From a virus (lineage: Duplodnaviria; Caudoviricetes), in IMG/VR virus record IMGVR_UViG_3300020043_005834, positions 1 through 38,772 of that record: a stretch of DNA of 38,772 bases, one strand, 5' to 3'. A program made the position numbers and the translations under genes. Under the pieces are notes generated by a model. It saw nothing but the letters and a program-made list of their open reading frames with translations. It did no database searches and was not told the DNA's origin. Positions within the stretch are counted from its first letter, which is position 1; each line of letters begins with the position of its first letter. Shown here one piece after another: positions 26,205 to 37,146 of the stretch.

Positions 26205-27392
26205 ATGAATTCAAAGCACACGACAATGAAAAATAGAAAGGACAAAATCGACAAGTTCATCGCTGACAACTATGCACATGGTTCTGTGAAAGTTGCCAAG
26301 ATGGTGAACGAGAAGTTTAGCCTTTCTCTTAAACCAGACGCTATCCGTAAAAGGGTTCAGCGTATGGGCGAGATGGGCAACGTCTTCGTTCCAGAAAAAG
26401 AAGTGGAGCGAGACAGGCGACTTATTCGTGTGTCGAAAGAAAGACAAGACACAACGAGTAAGTATAAAGTTCTCCTCGAAGAAGTCGAAAGACTTGAAAA
26501 GGAGAACGAAGCTATGCGAGCGAAGTCAGGCAACATTTTCAGTATTCCCAAAAAAGTTTCAAAGCTAGACGGGGAAGCTGTGGCTGTTGTACTGGCGAGC
26601 GACTGGCACATGGAAGAACTTGTGAAGGGTCAATGGGTTGGTGGTTTGAATGAATACAGTCTCACACTTGCGAAAGCTCGTGCGATTGAGTTCTTTCAAA
26701 ACACAGTGAAGCTCCTTAAAAAAGAGCAACAAGCTGTGAACATCAACACAATGGTTCTTTGGCTAGGTGGCGACTTCATCACTGGAAACATCCACGATGA
26801 AAACATGGAAACCGCCCAGCTCCTACCAATTGAAGCGATGATTTTCGCTGAAACTATCCTGAAGTCTGGTATTGAGTTCTTGCTCCAAAATACTGACGTG
26901 AAACTGGTTATTCCATGCAACGCTGGAAACCACTCACGCATTACGAAAAAGCAAAGACACTCTACCGACGTTGGGAACTCGTTGGAAACGATAATGTACC
27001 ATCACCTTGCAGAACATTTCAAGGTCAACAAGCGTGTGCGTTTCGTTCTCCAGTCGGGTTATCACCTGATACTGCCGATATTTGATAATTACAGCATCCG
27101 TTTTCACCACGGACACAACGTCAAGTATGGCGGTGGAATTGGTGGGCTTTACATTCCAGCCAAAAAAGCAATTTCCCAGTGGCAGAAATCAAACCCTGTT
27201 CAACTGGACTGCTTCGGACACCTTCACACGATGAAGGTCGATACCGACTTCATTTCAAATGGGTCGGTGATAGGCTACTCTCCCTTTGCTGTGGCAATCA
27301 AAGCGGACTTTGAAAAACCACAACAAGCGTTCTTCCTCGTTGACAGGAAACGGGGTCGCACCATCGTTGCACCTATCAGCTTTTCTATATAA
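26205..27392 (+). CDS. Calcineurin-like metallophosphoesterase with N-terminal HTH-like and coiled-coil region
   Basis: SDWH, GGDFITG, GNH, HHGH, GHLH metal motifs; followed by a terminator. Confidence 0.88.
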   Translation: MNSKHTTMKNRKDKIDKFIADNYAHGSVKVAKMVNEKFSLSLKPDAIRKRVQRMGEMGNVFVPEKEVERDRRLIRVSKERQDTTSKYKVLLEEVERLEKENEAMRAKSGNIFSIPKKVSKLDGEAVAVVLASDWHMEELVKGQWVGGLNEYSLTLAKARAIEFFQNTVKLLKKEQQAVNINTMVLWLGGDFITGNIHDENMETAQLLPIEAMIFAETILKSGIEFLLQNTDVKLVIPCNAGNHSRITKKQRHSTDVGNSLETIMYHHLAEHFKVNKRVRFVLQSGYHLILPIFDNYSIRFHHGHNVKYGGGIGGLYIPAKKAISQWQKSNPVQLDCFGHLHTMKVDTDFISNGSVIGYSPFAVAIKADFEKPQQAFFLVDRKRGRTIVAPISFSI

Positions 27393-27396
27393 GTTG

Positions 27397-27457
27397 AAGC
27401 CCTACAAATCGTGGGGCTTTACCTTTTCACAAAAAGAAAAACCCCGTTAAGGGTTTT
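27397..27457. terminator. Back-to-back terminators for the convergent genes
   Basis: AAGCCCTAC/GTGGGGCTT with T tail (+); AAAACCC/GGGTTTT with T tail (-). Confidence 0.75.
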
Positions 27458-27540
27458 CCACTTTAAAGTTTAGTTAATTGTTTCTGTCTTCACAGGTTAG
27501 TTAGTCTTTACGACTACTCTTTTATAGACGTGTCAAGTTT

Positions 27541-28002
27541 CTATCTGTTACACATCCATTGTTTAGGATTTGTTTTTAAATCTTCCATTGCTTTAGCAGT
27601 TGAGATTTCAACAGAGCTTGCTTCTTCGGGTGTTAGGTTGTGAGCAGGAATGTGGTATTGCCACGGCCCATAAGACTTCTCTCTTTCTCCAACTGTTCCC
27701 CAATCAGGATTGCGTTTTATCTGCCCTGCATTGTACGTTAAACGGCTCTGTGCGTCGTTTATATCGTAATACCGACTTCCTTTCACCCCCTTAAGTGGAG
27801 CTTCACAGGAAACGATTTTAACAGCTAAAGATTCACTCACTCCGTTCTTGATTGCTTCTTGTTTTACATAGTTTAAAAGTTCTTCTTCCGACCAAATTTC
27901 TTTAATAATAATTTTGTCATCAGCTTCTACGTGTTCAATTTTACTAGGAATAATACTTGGGATAATAATCATTAACAATATTAACCATTTTAATTTTTTC
28001 AT
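27541..28002 (-). CDS. Exported lysozyme-like / lytic transglycosylase-like protein
   Basis: Signal or anchor MKKLKWLILLMIII, catalytic-like IVSCE, SYGPWQY, C-terminal W.C. Confidence 0.7.
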   Translation of the reverse strand: MKKLKWLILLMIIIPSIIPSKIEHVEADDKIIIKEIWSEEELLNYVKQEAIKNGVSESLAVKIVSCEAPLKGVKGSRYYDINDAQSRLTYNAGQIKRNPDWGTVGEREKSYGPWQYHIPAHNLTPEEASSVEISTAKAMEDLKTNPKQWMCNR

Positions 28003-28180
28003 GTGTGTGTCAGCATATGCTCTGACGACCAGTGGGGATGTTGAGATGAATTAGGGTCAGCATTCGGGATTAGGGTTTCCCTTACTCCAAAACGCTTACC
28101 TTAATTCACCTACACCCTTAGGGTGTATCCTTCGTTTTGAATAAATTAGGAGATTTAAACAAAAGAAAGGATATGAGTAA
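28003..28180 (-). ncRNA. Candidate structured 5' leader RNA
   Basis: Several hairpins, including a long G-U-containing stem capped by GGGAAACCC, between promoter and ATG. Confidence 0.5.
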
Positions 28181-28224
28181 ATTATAACAACAAAAAACCC
28201 TCTCGCAAGGGTTTCTGTTGATAA
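28181..28224 (-). promoter_or_regulatory. Terminator overlapping a promoter, with DnaA-box-like site
   Basis: TTATCAACA, AAACCCT/AGGGTTT plus T run, TTGCGA-N16-TATAAT. Confidence 0.6.
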
Positions 28225-28225
28225 G

Positions 28226-28462
28226 TTATTCGACTTTAAAGTTAGTTGACTTTTCGACAATCCATTTGATTAGATTACCGATTCCGTACTTTGCACCGAT
28301 ACGAATCGCCACCAAAAACAGACCAAATAAAGCACTTGTTTCAGTGTTTACAACGTCTATTCCTTGTAGTTGTGTTGCCATTGCTGGTAAAAATCCTGTT
28401 AAGAAAGTGTAAACTGCACTTTTAATTTCAGGGTGTATCTTGATTACTTTTTTCTTTTTCAT
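28226..28462 (-). CDS. Putative holin
   Basis: 78 aa, two hydrophobic segments, charged ends, directly after the endolysin. Confidence 0.6.
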   Translation of the reverse strand: MKKKKVIKIHPEIKSAVYTFLTGFLPAMATQLQGIDVVNTETSALFGLFLVAIRIGAKYGIGNLIKWIVEKSTNFKVE

Positions 28463-28463
28463 A

Positions 28464-29375
28464 TTATATTCTTCTAAATGCTAATAATCTTGATTTAGGA
28501 TAGTTTGCAAGACAAACTTTGTCGCCCTGATTTCCGCCCCAAACTTGTATGTTCCCGTTATTTTCACTTATGTAAAAACCAACGTGTCCCTTCCATGAAT
28601 CTTTATGTTCTCGCCAGAAAATGCAGACATCACCAATCTTTGGGACTGATACTTTTGTGCCTACGTCGAGCCAGCTTCGAGCATTAAGTTTTTTACTCAT
28701 TGGAAGTTTTGATTTAAATGCAACCCAGTTTACGAATAGGGAACACCAACTTGTTTCATCTTCGGTATATGGTATTCCACATTCTTTCGCCCAGTTAAGA
28801 ATAATTGGATTGTTTGCCTTGCCTAGAAATTCAGTTACGCCAGCTTGAGAGATTGCAATTTCCATGTGATTTATAGGCTTTGTTGTTTTGTTTGAAAGTT
28901 CTTTTAATACTTCTTCTAGCTTGCCTAATTCCCACCAATAATGCGTTCTATCCTGTATTTTAAATATCGCATATAAAGCGTGGCATAGCTCATGACGTGC
29001 AATATTAAACCAACGACCTCCTTCATGTTTTATTTTATTATATTCATAAGTTCCCGATTCATCAGCACCTAATTGAATTTCTTGAACACCATCTCGTGTC
29101 CAGCGACCCCGTATCTTTCCACCTTTCCATTGTTTAAGTGGAACAGAGAAAATTACAATGTCATAACCTTGTGCTAGTGGTTTAATGTTTTTATCATACC
29201 AATTTACATCTATTTCTTTTCCGTCATCTACTGAAGTAAAAGGTATTGATTTAAAATCTGTGTGAGTAAGAGTGAAGTCCAAGTTATCAACAGGCTTGAA
29301 CCAGTCTTTAAGAGCTTGGATTTTTGAGTTCCAAGATTTCCATTTTTGATTGTTGGCAAGCAATAATACTTTCAT
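28464..29375 (-). CDS. Endolysin: N-terminal HExxH domain plus C-terminal CHAP/NlpC-P60 (TIGR02594-like) domain; start MKVLLL
   Basis: HELCH; SWCSLFVNW, GHVGF, GGNQ. Confidence 0.82.
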   Translation of the reverse strand: MKVLLLANNQKWKSWNSKIQALKDWFKPVDNLDFTLTHTDFKSIPFTSVDDGKEIDVNWYDKNIKPLAQGYDIVIFSVPLKQWKGGKIRGRWTRDGVQEIQLGADESGTYEYNKIKHEGGRWFNIARHELCHALYAIFKIQDRTHYWWELGKLEEVLKELSNKTTKPINHMEIAISQAGVTEFLGKANNPIILNWAKECGIPYTEDETSWCSLFVNWVAFKSKLPMSKKLNARSWLDVGTKVSVPKIGDVCIFWREHKDSWKGHVGFYISENNGNIQVWGGNQGDKVCLANYPKSRLLAFRRI

Positions 29376-29376
29376 A

Positions 29377-29466
29377 TTATGCAATTTTACGCCTAGGCTT
29401 TCTCACTTTCTTTGTTACCCTCATTGTTGGACTTACCTTTTTTGTAGCTCTCATTGTTTCTTTCAT
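29377..29466 (-). CDS. 29 aa cationic peptide MKETMRATKKVSPTMRVTKKVRKPRRKIA, not in track
   Basis: Translated by hand; ATGA overlap upstream, TAA-T-ATG to the endolysin. Confidence 0.65.
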   Translation of the reverse strand: MKETMRATKKVSPTMRVTKKVRKPRRKIA

Positions 29467-29810
29467 TGTACTAATTCAAAATTATAGGCTTGTAACGTTT
29501 GTTTAATGGCGATTATATCATTTATTATTTGTTGACTTTGTTGTTGATTTTCTCTAATTGTTTTAAAGAAAAGGGGAATAAAGAGACATACAAGGGTTCC
29601 AATAATACCCAAAGAAGTCCATGCAACCTTAAAGAATATTTTGTGTCTCGCAACACTACCATTTGTCGCTTGAGCTTGGACCTTTGTTTCTTTTCCGTCC
29701 TCTTTTATCTCTTTAAGCTCTGTCATGATAGTGTCTTTGAAGTCATCAAGTTTTTCATGCACTGATTCAAACATTTTATCTATTTCTCTATTTTTGTAAT
29801 TCTCTTCCAT
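29463..29810 (-). CDS. Single-pass membrane protein, holin/XhlA-like (start MEENYK)
   Basis: Coiled coil, TNGSV, one transmembrane segment, lysis context. Confidence 0.55.
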   Translation of the reverse strand: MEENYKNREIDKMFESVHEKLDDFKDTIMTELKEIKEDGKETKVQAQATNGSVARHKIFFKVAWTSLGIIGTLVCLFIPLFFKTIRENQQQSQQIINDIIAIKQTLQAYNFELVQ

Positions 29811-29811
29811 A

Positions 29812-29982
29812 CTACTCAATAATTATATAATCCCTTTCTACTTGGCTAAAACCAAATAAACCCAAAACCTCATCAGTAAATTCACCAGAAGAAAGAACAA
29901 CAGTATTGGCACCGACCTCTAACACTTTTACTCTTCCTCTATCGTTTCTATTTTCTAATATTTGTCCGATTGTATATTCCAT
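29812..29982 (-). CDS. Hypothetical 56 aa protein (MEYTIGQILEN...), possible fibre chaperone, not in track
   Basis: Translated by hand; TAG-T-ATG junction; follows the fibre gene. Confidence 0.55.
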   Translation of the reverse strand: MEYTIGQILENRNDRGRVKVLEVGANTVVLSSGEFTDEVLGLFGFSQVERDYIIIE

Positions 29983-29990
29983 ATAATTTA

Positions 29991-32225
<2,235 letters not shown>

Positions 32226-32227
32226 TT

Positions 32228-32290
32228 ATGTTATATGTTATAGCCATCATACTGTTTTTGATTCTTCTTGAATCTGCGACAAAACGCTAA
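32228..32290 (+). CDS. Candidate 20 aa hydrophobic peptide MLYVIAIILFLILLESATKR
   Basis: Translated by hand; fills the intergenic gap; TAATT-ATG context like other genes here. Confidence 0.4.
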   Translation: MLYVIAIILFLILLESATKR

Positions 32291-33681
32291 CGATTTTGAA
32301 TCGTTCGTCTTGCCTTTCCGATTGGATTAGTTAATTTTTTCTCGACAAATTCAAGACCTTTAGTAATCACACCGACTGGTGACGTTGGTACTTGTTCTAA
32401 TAGTGTTTTTGCTCGTGTATCTCCCAATGAGTCCATAACAAACTTTGCTAATGTTGCATCTTCAGCTAAATCAATTCCGTACTCTCTTTTAATCATCGTA
32501 AACAGATTTTTTGTACCTGCGTCTTGAGGTGAAAAGAAACGTTTCATTAAAGAACCTCCCTTCATTCCATCTTCCCCTAATCTCTTATTAAGAGCATCGA
32601 AGATTTTAATTTTTCTTGAGTAGGTATCATTAAGAACAGAATATTCATCTCCGCCTATTGTTTTTTTAACTCCCTCTCTTAATTTTTGGTTGATGTCTCT
32701 TATTCCGCTATTGATAATAGATTTAACTCTAGTTGTAACTGGAATAGCCGTACCTCCTTTTCTTTCAAATAATGTAGCCTGTAGTTTATCTACCAATTTA
32801 TCAACACTTCTTGCTGTTGGATTTTTACCGAGTATGTCAACCTCCTTTACAAATTGGTTTACTAAACTTCTTTCAGATTTTGTCATGTTTAACTTTCTTG
32901 TATTTTTTAACATGTTTTCAATTGCAGTTGTTCCAACTTCAGGGATTCTGGTATTACCAACAGACTCAAGTGAGGCAGATTTTTGTTTACCGATATTCCC
33001 CAAATCTTCTTTTATGGTTCCTAATATGTTTTTAGCCTTCTCTCCCGCTTTCTCTAGTGGGGTCAGTACTCGAGGATTAGATAGAGCTTCTTGTCCAGTC
33101 TTAACCATATTATCAAACTTTTCAATAGTTGCTGTTCCTAATACGTTTTTAACCTTAGGGTCTAGTTTTGTAATTTTATCAGTAAGTGCAGTTCTTATTT
33201 CTTTTGGATATGAGTTTATTTTTGCAGTTATTTCTGGTGAACGTAACGACGGGGCTTTAACATTTTTTGCACTTCGTCCACCCAAGAATAAACCTAATAC
33301 AGTGTTAGCATTTGATATGTCCTCAACTACTCTTTCCGTTGTTTCCCCAGCCTTACTTGTGGCAAAATCCTGAACACCCTTAATGTTTGATATCTTATCT
33401 GCAACAAAATTGATTCCCTTTCCAATAGTTGGTTCAATAATAGGGGCGAGTGGGGCTGACGCTGCTTCAACCACCCCCGCAGCAGACTTAAGCCCGCCTT
33501 CAATTAGTTGAATTGGATTTTTAGCCTTTTGTTGTTCTTGAAACCCTTGTTTTGTTTTGTTTATTCCAGCAGTAAAGGCATTTTTAATTTGACCACCAAC
33601 TGTTGGTTTCGTTTCAGCTAGTTGTTTTACTCCAACCGTGCCGTACATTTTTTGAAATTCTTCTTTGGTTAGTGTTTTCAT
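32287..33681 (-). CDS. Putative DNA ejection / internal virion protein (start MKTLTK)
   Basis: Long helical K/A/G-rich protein after tail genes; TAA-T-ATG junction. Confidence 0.6.
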   Translation of the reverse strand: MKTLTKEEFQKMYGTVGVKQLAETKPTVGGQIKNAFTAGINKTKQGFQEQQKAKNPIQLIEGGLKSAAGVVEAASAPLAPIIEPTIGKGINFVADKISNIKGVQDFATSKAGETTERVVEDISNANTVLGLFLGGRSAKNVKAPSLRSPEITAKINSYPKEIRTALTDKITKLDPKVKNVLGTATIEKFDNMVKTGQEALSNPRVLTPLEKAGEKAKNILGTIKEDLGNIGKQKSASLESVGNTRIPEVGTTAIENMLKNTRKLNMTKSERSLVNQFVKEVDILGKNPTARSVDKLVDKLQATLFERKGGTAIPVTTRVKSIINSGIRDINQKLREGVKKTIGGDEYSVLNDTYSRKIKIFDALNKRLGEDGMKGGSLMKRFFSPQDAGTKNLFTMIKREYGIDLAEDATLAKFVMDSLGDTRAKTLLEQVPTSPVGVITKGLEFVEKKLTNPIGKARRTIQNR

Positions 33682-33682
33682 A

Positions 33683-35089
33683 TTATTGAATTTGTGTGTA
33701 AGTTCCATCACTATTAAGCGACCAAATTGTTCCGTCTGGTTGAGTAACAGCACCAACTTGTGTTGGGTCTCCACCCTTTAGAATGAAATCTCTCTTAGCT
33801 AGGTTGTTAATTTTATCCAACTCTCGTCTAACATTGGCTTCACTTGTCTTAAATCCTGTAATATTCCCATTCTTATCTTTCTTTGCCCATGTGTTTAGCT
33901 TTGTCGCACCACCAGCAAGAATATTTAATTCGCCTTCAGAAAGAGCACCAAATGTTGCACCCCTAGATTTAGCATTAATAAGATTGTCTAGTGTCAATTG
34001 GGATGTTAGTTGTTGTATACCAGATAGGAAACTTGATTTTTTAGCTCCAAAATCCAAATTTCCACCTCTACCAAATATCCCAGTTGTTCCAACTGATGCC
34101 TTTAGTCCTGGATTATTTAGAAGCCCTGTAACAGTATCAATTTGTTCTATATTTGATGTAACTTGTGTTTGGTTTGTGGGAACACTTGGTAGTGAGAATG
34201 AACCATCCGCATTTTGTACATAGTCAACTCCGTTAATGTTTACAATTTTTTGATTTGTCGTATCAAATGAGTTTTGGTAAGCAATTTTATTTAAATCGTA
34301 TTGCTGTAGTTTTGCATCTCTGGCTGTTTGATATTTTTGGTCAAGTAGTGTTTGTCGTTCTTGGATAGATGCTTGAGCTGCCATTTTTTCACTCTCAGTT
34401 AAGTCGTCAGCATAAAGTTGGTATAGGTTTGATAATGACGATATCTGGTTTTGTAGGGGTTCAAATTCTGCCTTAATTTGTGCATCAACTATACCCACAG
34501 CATCGCTGTAAGCTCCTTGTGCGACCTTATATTGAATAGCAATATCTGCCAATTCGGCGTTTCTTAATCTCTCGATTCTATTAACTTCTTGGTCAACCGC
34601 TCCGCCAAATAAACCTTTTTCATTCTTTCGTATATTTTCAACTTGTTTGTCGTAAGCCCTAGATTTAGACGTGTATTGGTTTTCAAGGTCTCTGGCAATA
34701 GTTTGTTTTCCTATAACGTCTTGTTCTGCATTTAATTCCGCTGTTCTAGCCCCTTGTTCACCTTGTTTACCTATTAGTCCTTGTATAGATTCAAGAATTG
34801 AATTTCTTTGATTCGTTGGAGCTGTTGTTGTTTGAACCTGTGTTGGATTAGCGGTAAAGTTTTCGTTTAAAGCTCCTAAATTAGCAGAGAAAGATGTTTG
34901 AGCGTCTTTGTTGTTTACTGGTGGTGGAAGTGGTTTTGTTGGATTTTTACCCAGTAATGAAGCATTGATAGGACCCGAAAGAGCCTTACCTGTGTTTGTG
35001 TCATACTTGAAAGTACCTTTATAATTAGAAAAGTCTTGGGTCGTTCCATTGCTTAATTTTTTACCTGTTCTTGGGTCGTAATTTGCCAT
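33683..35089 (-). CDS. Putative DNA ejection / internal virion protein
   Basis: Q/A-rich coiled coil, GATFGALSEGEL motif, position after the tail tube gene. Confidence 0.6.
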   Translation of the reverse strand: MANYDPRTGKKLSNGTTQDFSNYKGTFKYDTNTGKALSGPINASLLGKNPTKPLPPPVNNKDAQTSFSANLGALNENFTANPTQVQTTTAPTNQRNSILESIQGLIGKQGEQGARTAELNAEQDVIGKQTIARDLENQYTSKSRAYDKQVENIRKNEKGLFGGAVDQEVNRIERLRNAELADIAIQYKVAQGAYSDAVGIVDAQIKAEFEPLQNQISSLSNLYQLYADDLTESEKMAAQASIQERQTLLDQKYQTARDAKLQQYDLNKIAYQNSFDTTNQKIVNINGVDYVQNADGSFSLPSVPTNQTQVTSNIEQIDTVTGLLNNPGLKASVGTTGIFGRGGNLDFGAKKSSFLSGIQQLTSQLTLDNLINAKSRGATFGALSEGELNILAGGATKLNTWAKKDKNGNITGFKTSEANVRRELDKINNLAKRDFILKGGDPTQVGAVTQPDGTIWSLNSDGTYTQIQ

Positions 35090-35096
35090 ATATTAA

Positions 35097-37145
35097 TTAT
35101 TCATTAGGTTTAAAGTTTTCTGTTACTATTGTTATATCTGCGATTGTTGTTTGATATCCTCGGAGCTCTATCTTTATGTCCATGCCCGATGATTCTTTTC
35201 CGATGGATACCTCAAATACTCCGTTTTTTTGGTTTGAATATTGAACCGAATCAAAATATTTCCAATTGTCTATCACAAAAAATGATTTTAATCCTGAAGA
35301 GTATCCTATAATTTCATCTTCTGTCGTGATTGTGTATGTTCCAGAGCTTTCAGTTAATCCTACTATCTTTGTAAATTGCCCCGCACCGATTCCAGCTGTT
35401 AATTCAAGTTCTAGTTCTTGACCATTATCACTTATTGCATCAAAAACAGCCTTAGCTTCTGATAAATCAGTCGTTGTTGTTCCTGTTGTTGATGATGTCC
35501 ATGTTATTTCATCTAAACTTGCATTGTTTGGGGTTGTTGTTGGTATTCCAAGGTATTGTGTATCTTTTACCTTAACAATGATTGAATCATTTATATCAAG
35601 TGGGAGATGTTTAATGTAAATCTTTTTTACTAACTCTGTTACTGAATTTAAATATAGTTTTGGTAGAACAAAACATCCTCTATTTTCAAGAAATGGAACG
35701 GCTGTACACAAAGTTGGTTGGCTAGTTAGTGATGTGTTTAGAAGTCTCGCCCCCATTATTATATCTGTGAAGACCGATGATGTTGTACCCCAAAGCCCAA
35801 CAGCTCCAGATATGGTGTAATAGCTTATTCCATAATCAATAATATCGTATGTCCAGAAATAGTTATTTGTATCTGCACTTGTAATATTAACAGCGACTAA
35901 ATCAATAGCATTTTGTTTTGTTGTTGCAATTTTAAAAGTAGTAGAAGTCAATCTAATAATGTAATAGATTTTATTGTTTGTTAATCCACCTACCGTACCA
36001 GAAACTAGCAGTATTGGATTCCCTGTTGGGGGGATAACACTACTTGTTGTAAAAATATCAGTTGTTAAGTTTACGTTGGCTTGGGTTATGTTGTGGGCGT
36101 ATGATTTAGAAATAGAAGGTGAATATCTTGGGTATAATCCCGCCTCTGGGTCGTAACACCAAACACCTGAAGGGCTATTTACAGAATATTCTTCGCCCTT
36201 TGCTGAATTACCCCACAGGTCTAATCCAATATTTATGTATATGACATCTCCGTCTGTAACAATGTTATCTCCGTATGAAAGGTGGTTTAATAGGTCGCCC
36301 CATCTTTGCTCTTCTAGGTAAAATGGGAATTGAGCAAGTTTGTCAAAACCTCCTCCGTTAAAATAAAGAAGTCTTCCTGAGCTGTCTATTAGCAAGAATG
36401 ATGATTTGTAAGGGTGAACAACCATTGCTGTATAGGAACCGATTCCAATACCTGTGCCAGCCTCCGTAGTTGCCCCGTCCCATACGAAAAAGTATGATTC
36501 TGCGTTTTGACCCTCTGTATCATTTCCAAGTCGAGTAAGAATACCCAATTGATAGTTGTTATAAGCTAGTCCGATTATTTCATAGTCTGAAGGAATTGTT
36601 AGTGTTGTTGTTAGAGTATAAGAAGAATCATACAGTTTAACAGTGTTTGCGTCAGAAATAGCAAGTGAATTTTTATTTCTAAACACTGCCATGTAGTGAC
36701 GTGTTGTAGATGAAGAAAGATTTGTTATAAGGTCAGTTGACCATGTTCCTGATGCATTTGAACGCAAGTTATTAGCCGTTGTTTCATGCCATTTATTTTG
36801 CCACCAAAGACCGTGTGAATTAAATGTCAGGTTCGGGTTATTTGAGCTTGTATCTTCTGCAATTGTTTTAGTTGTTGAACCAACAGACATGTTAAAGGGT
36901 TCATCGGTTGTGGCAAGTCTAAAATCTCCATTTGAATATCTACCAAACGCTACAGGGATATCAAAATCTGTGTCAGACACATTGGCGACACTTCCTGAAT
37001 CATCAAAAAGGGCAACCATTCTTGGAGAAAGAGAAAGATATCCAGCCTTATCTAAGTTAATATTTTTAGAATATGAAATTGAACCAAACTTATCAGATAG
37101 GTTTAATTGAGTCCATTTTCCATTTAGGGGTAGTTTAATAGTCAT
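35097..37145 (-). CDS. Tail tube / nozzle protein (P22 gp10 or T7 gp12-like role)
   Basis: 682 aa, beta-rich, SKNINL near the N-terminus, YFFVWDG, position between adaptor and ejection genes. Confidence 0.6.
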   Translation of the reverse strand: MTIKLPLNGKWTQLNLSDKFGSISYSKNINLDKAGYLSLSPRMVALFDDSGSVANVSDTDFDIPVAFGRYSNGDFRLATTDEPFNMSVGSTTKTIAEDTSSNNPNLTFNSHGLWWQNKWHETTANNLRSNASGTWSTDLITNLSSSTTRHYMAVFRNKNSLAISDANTVKLYDSSYTLTTTLTIPSDYEIIGLAYNNYQLGILTRLGNDTEGQNAESYFFVWDGATTEAGTGIGIGSYTAMVVHPYKSSFLLIDSSGRLLYFNGGGFDKLAQFPFYLEEQRWGDLLNHLSYGDNIVTDGDVIYINIGLDLWGNSAKGEEYSVNSPSGVWCYDPEAGLYPRYSPSISKSYAHNITQANVNLTTDIFTTSSVIPPTGNPILLVSGTVGGLTNNKIYYIIRLTSTTFKIATTKQNAIDLVAVNITSADTNNYFWTYDIIDYGISYYTISGAVGLWGTTSSVFTDIIMGARLLNTSLTSQPTLCTAVPFLENRGCFVLPKLYLNSVTELVKKIYIKHLPLDINDSIIVKVKDTQYLGIPTTTPNNASLDEITWTSSTTGTTTTDLSEAKAVFDAISDNGQELELELTAGIGAGQFTKIVGLTESSGTYTITTEDEIIGYSSGLKSFFVIDNWKYFDSVQYSNQKNGVFEVSIGKESSGMDIKIELRGYQTTIADITIVTENFKPNE

Positions 37146-37146
37146 A

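Noticed and set aside
27460-27540. TTGACA followed by a short region before the minus-strand terminator, as a promoter or small RNA
   Set aside because: No -10 at proper spacing and no convincing ORF or structure
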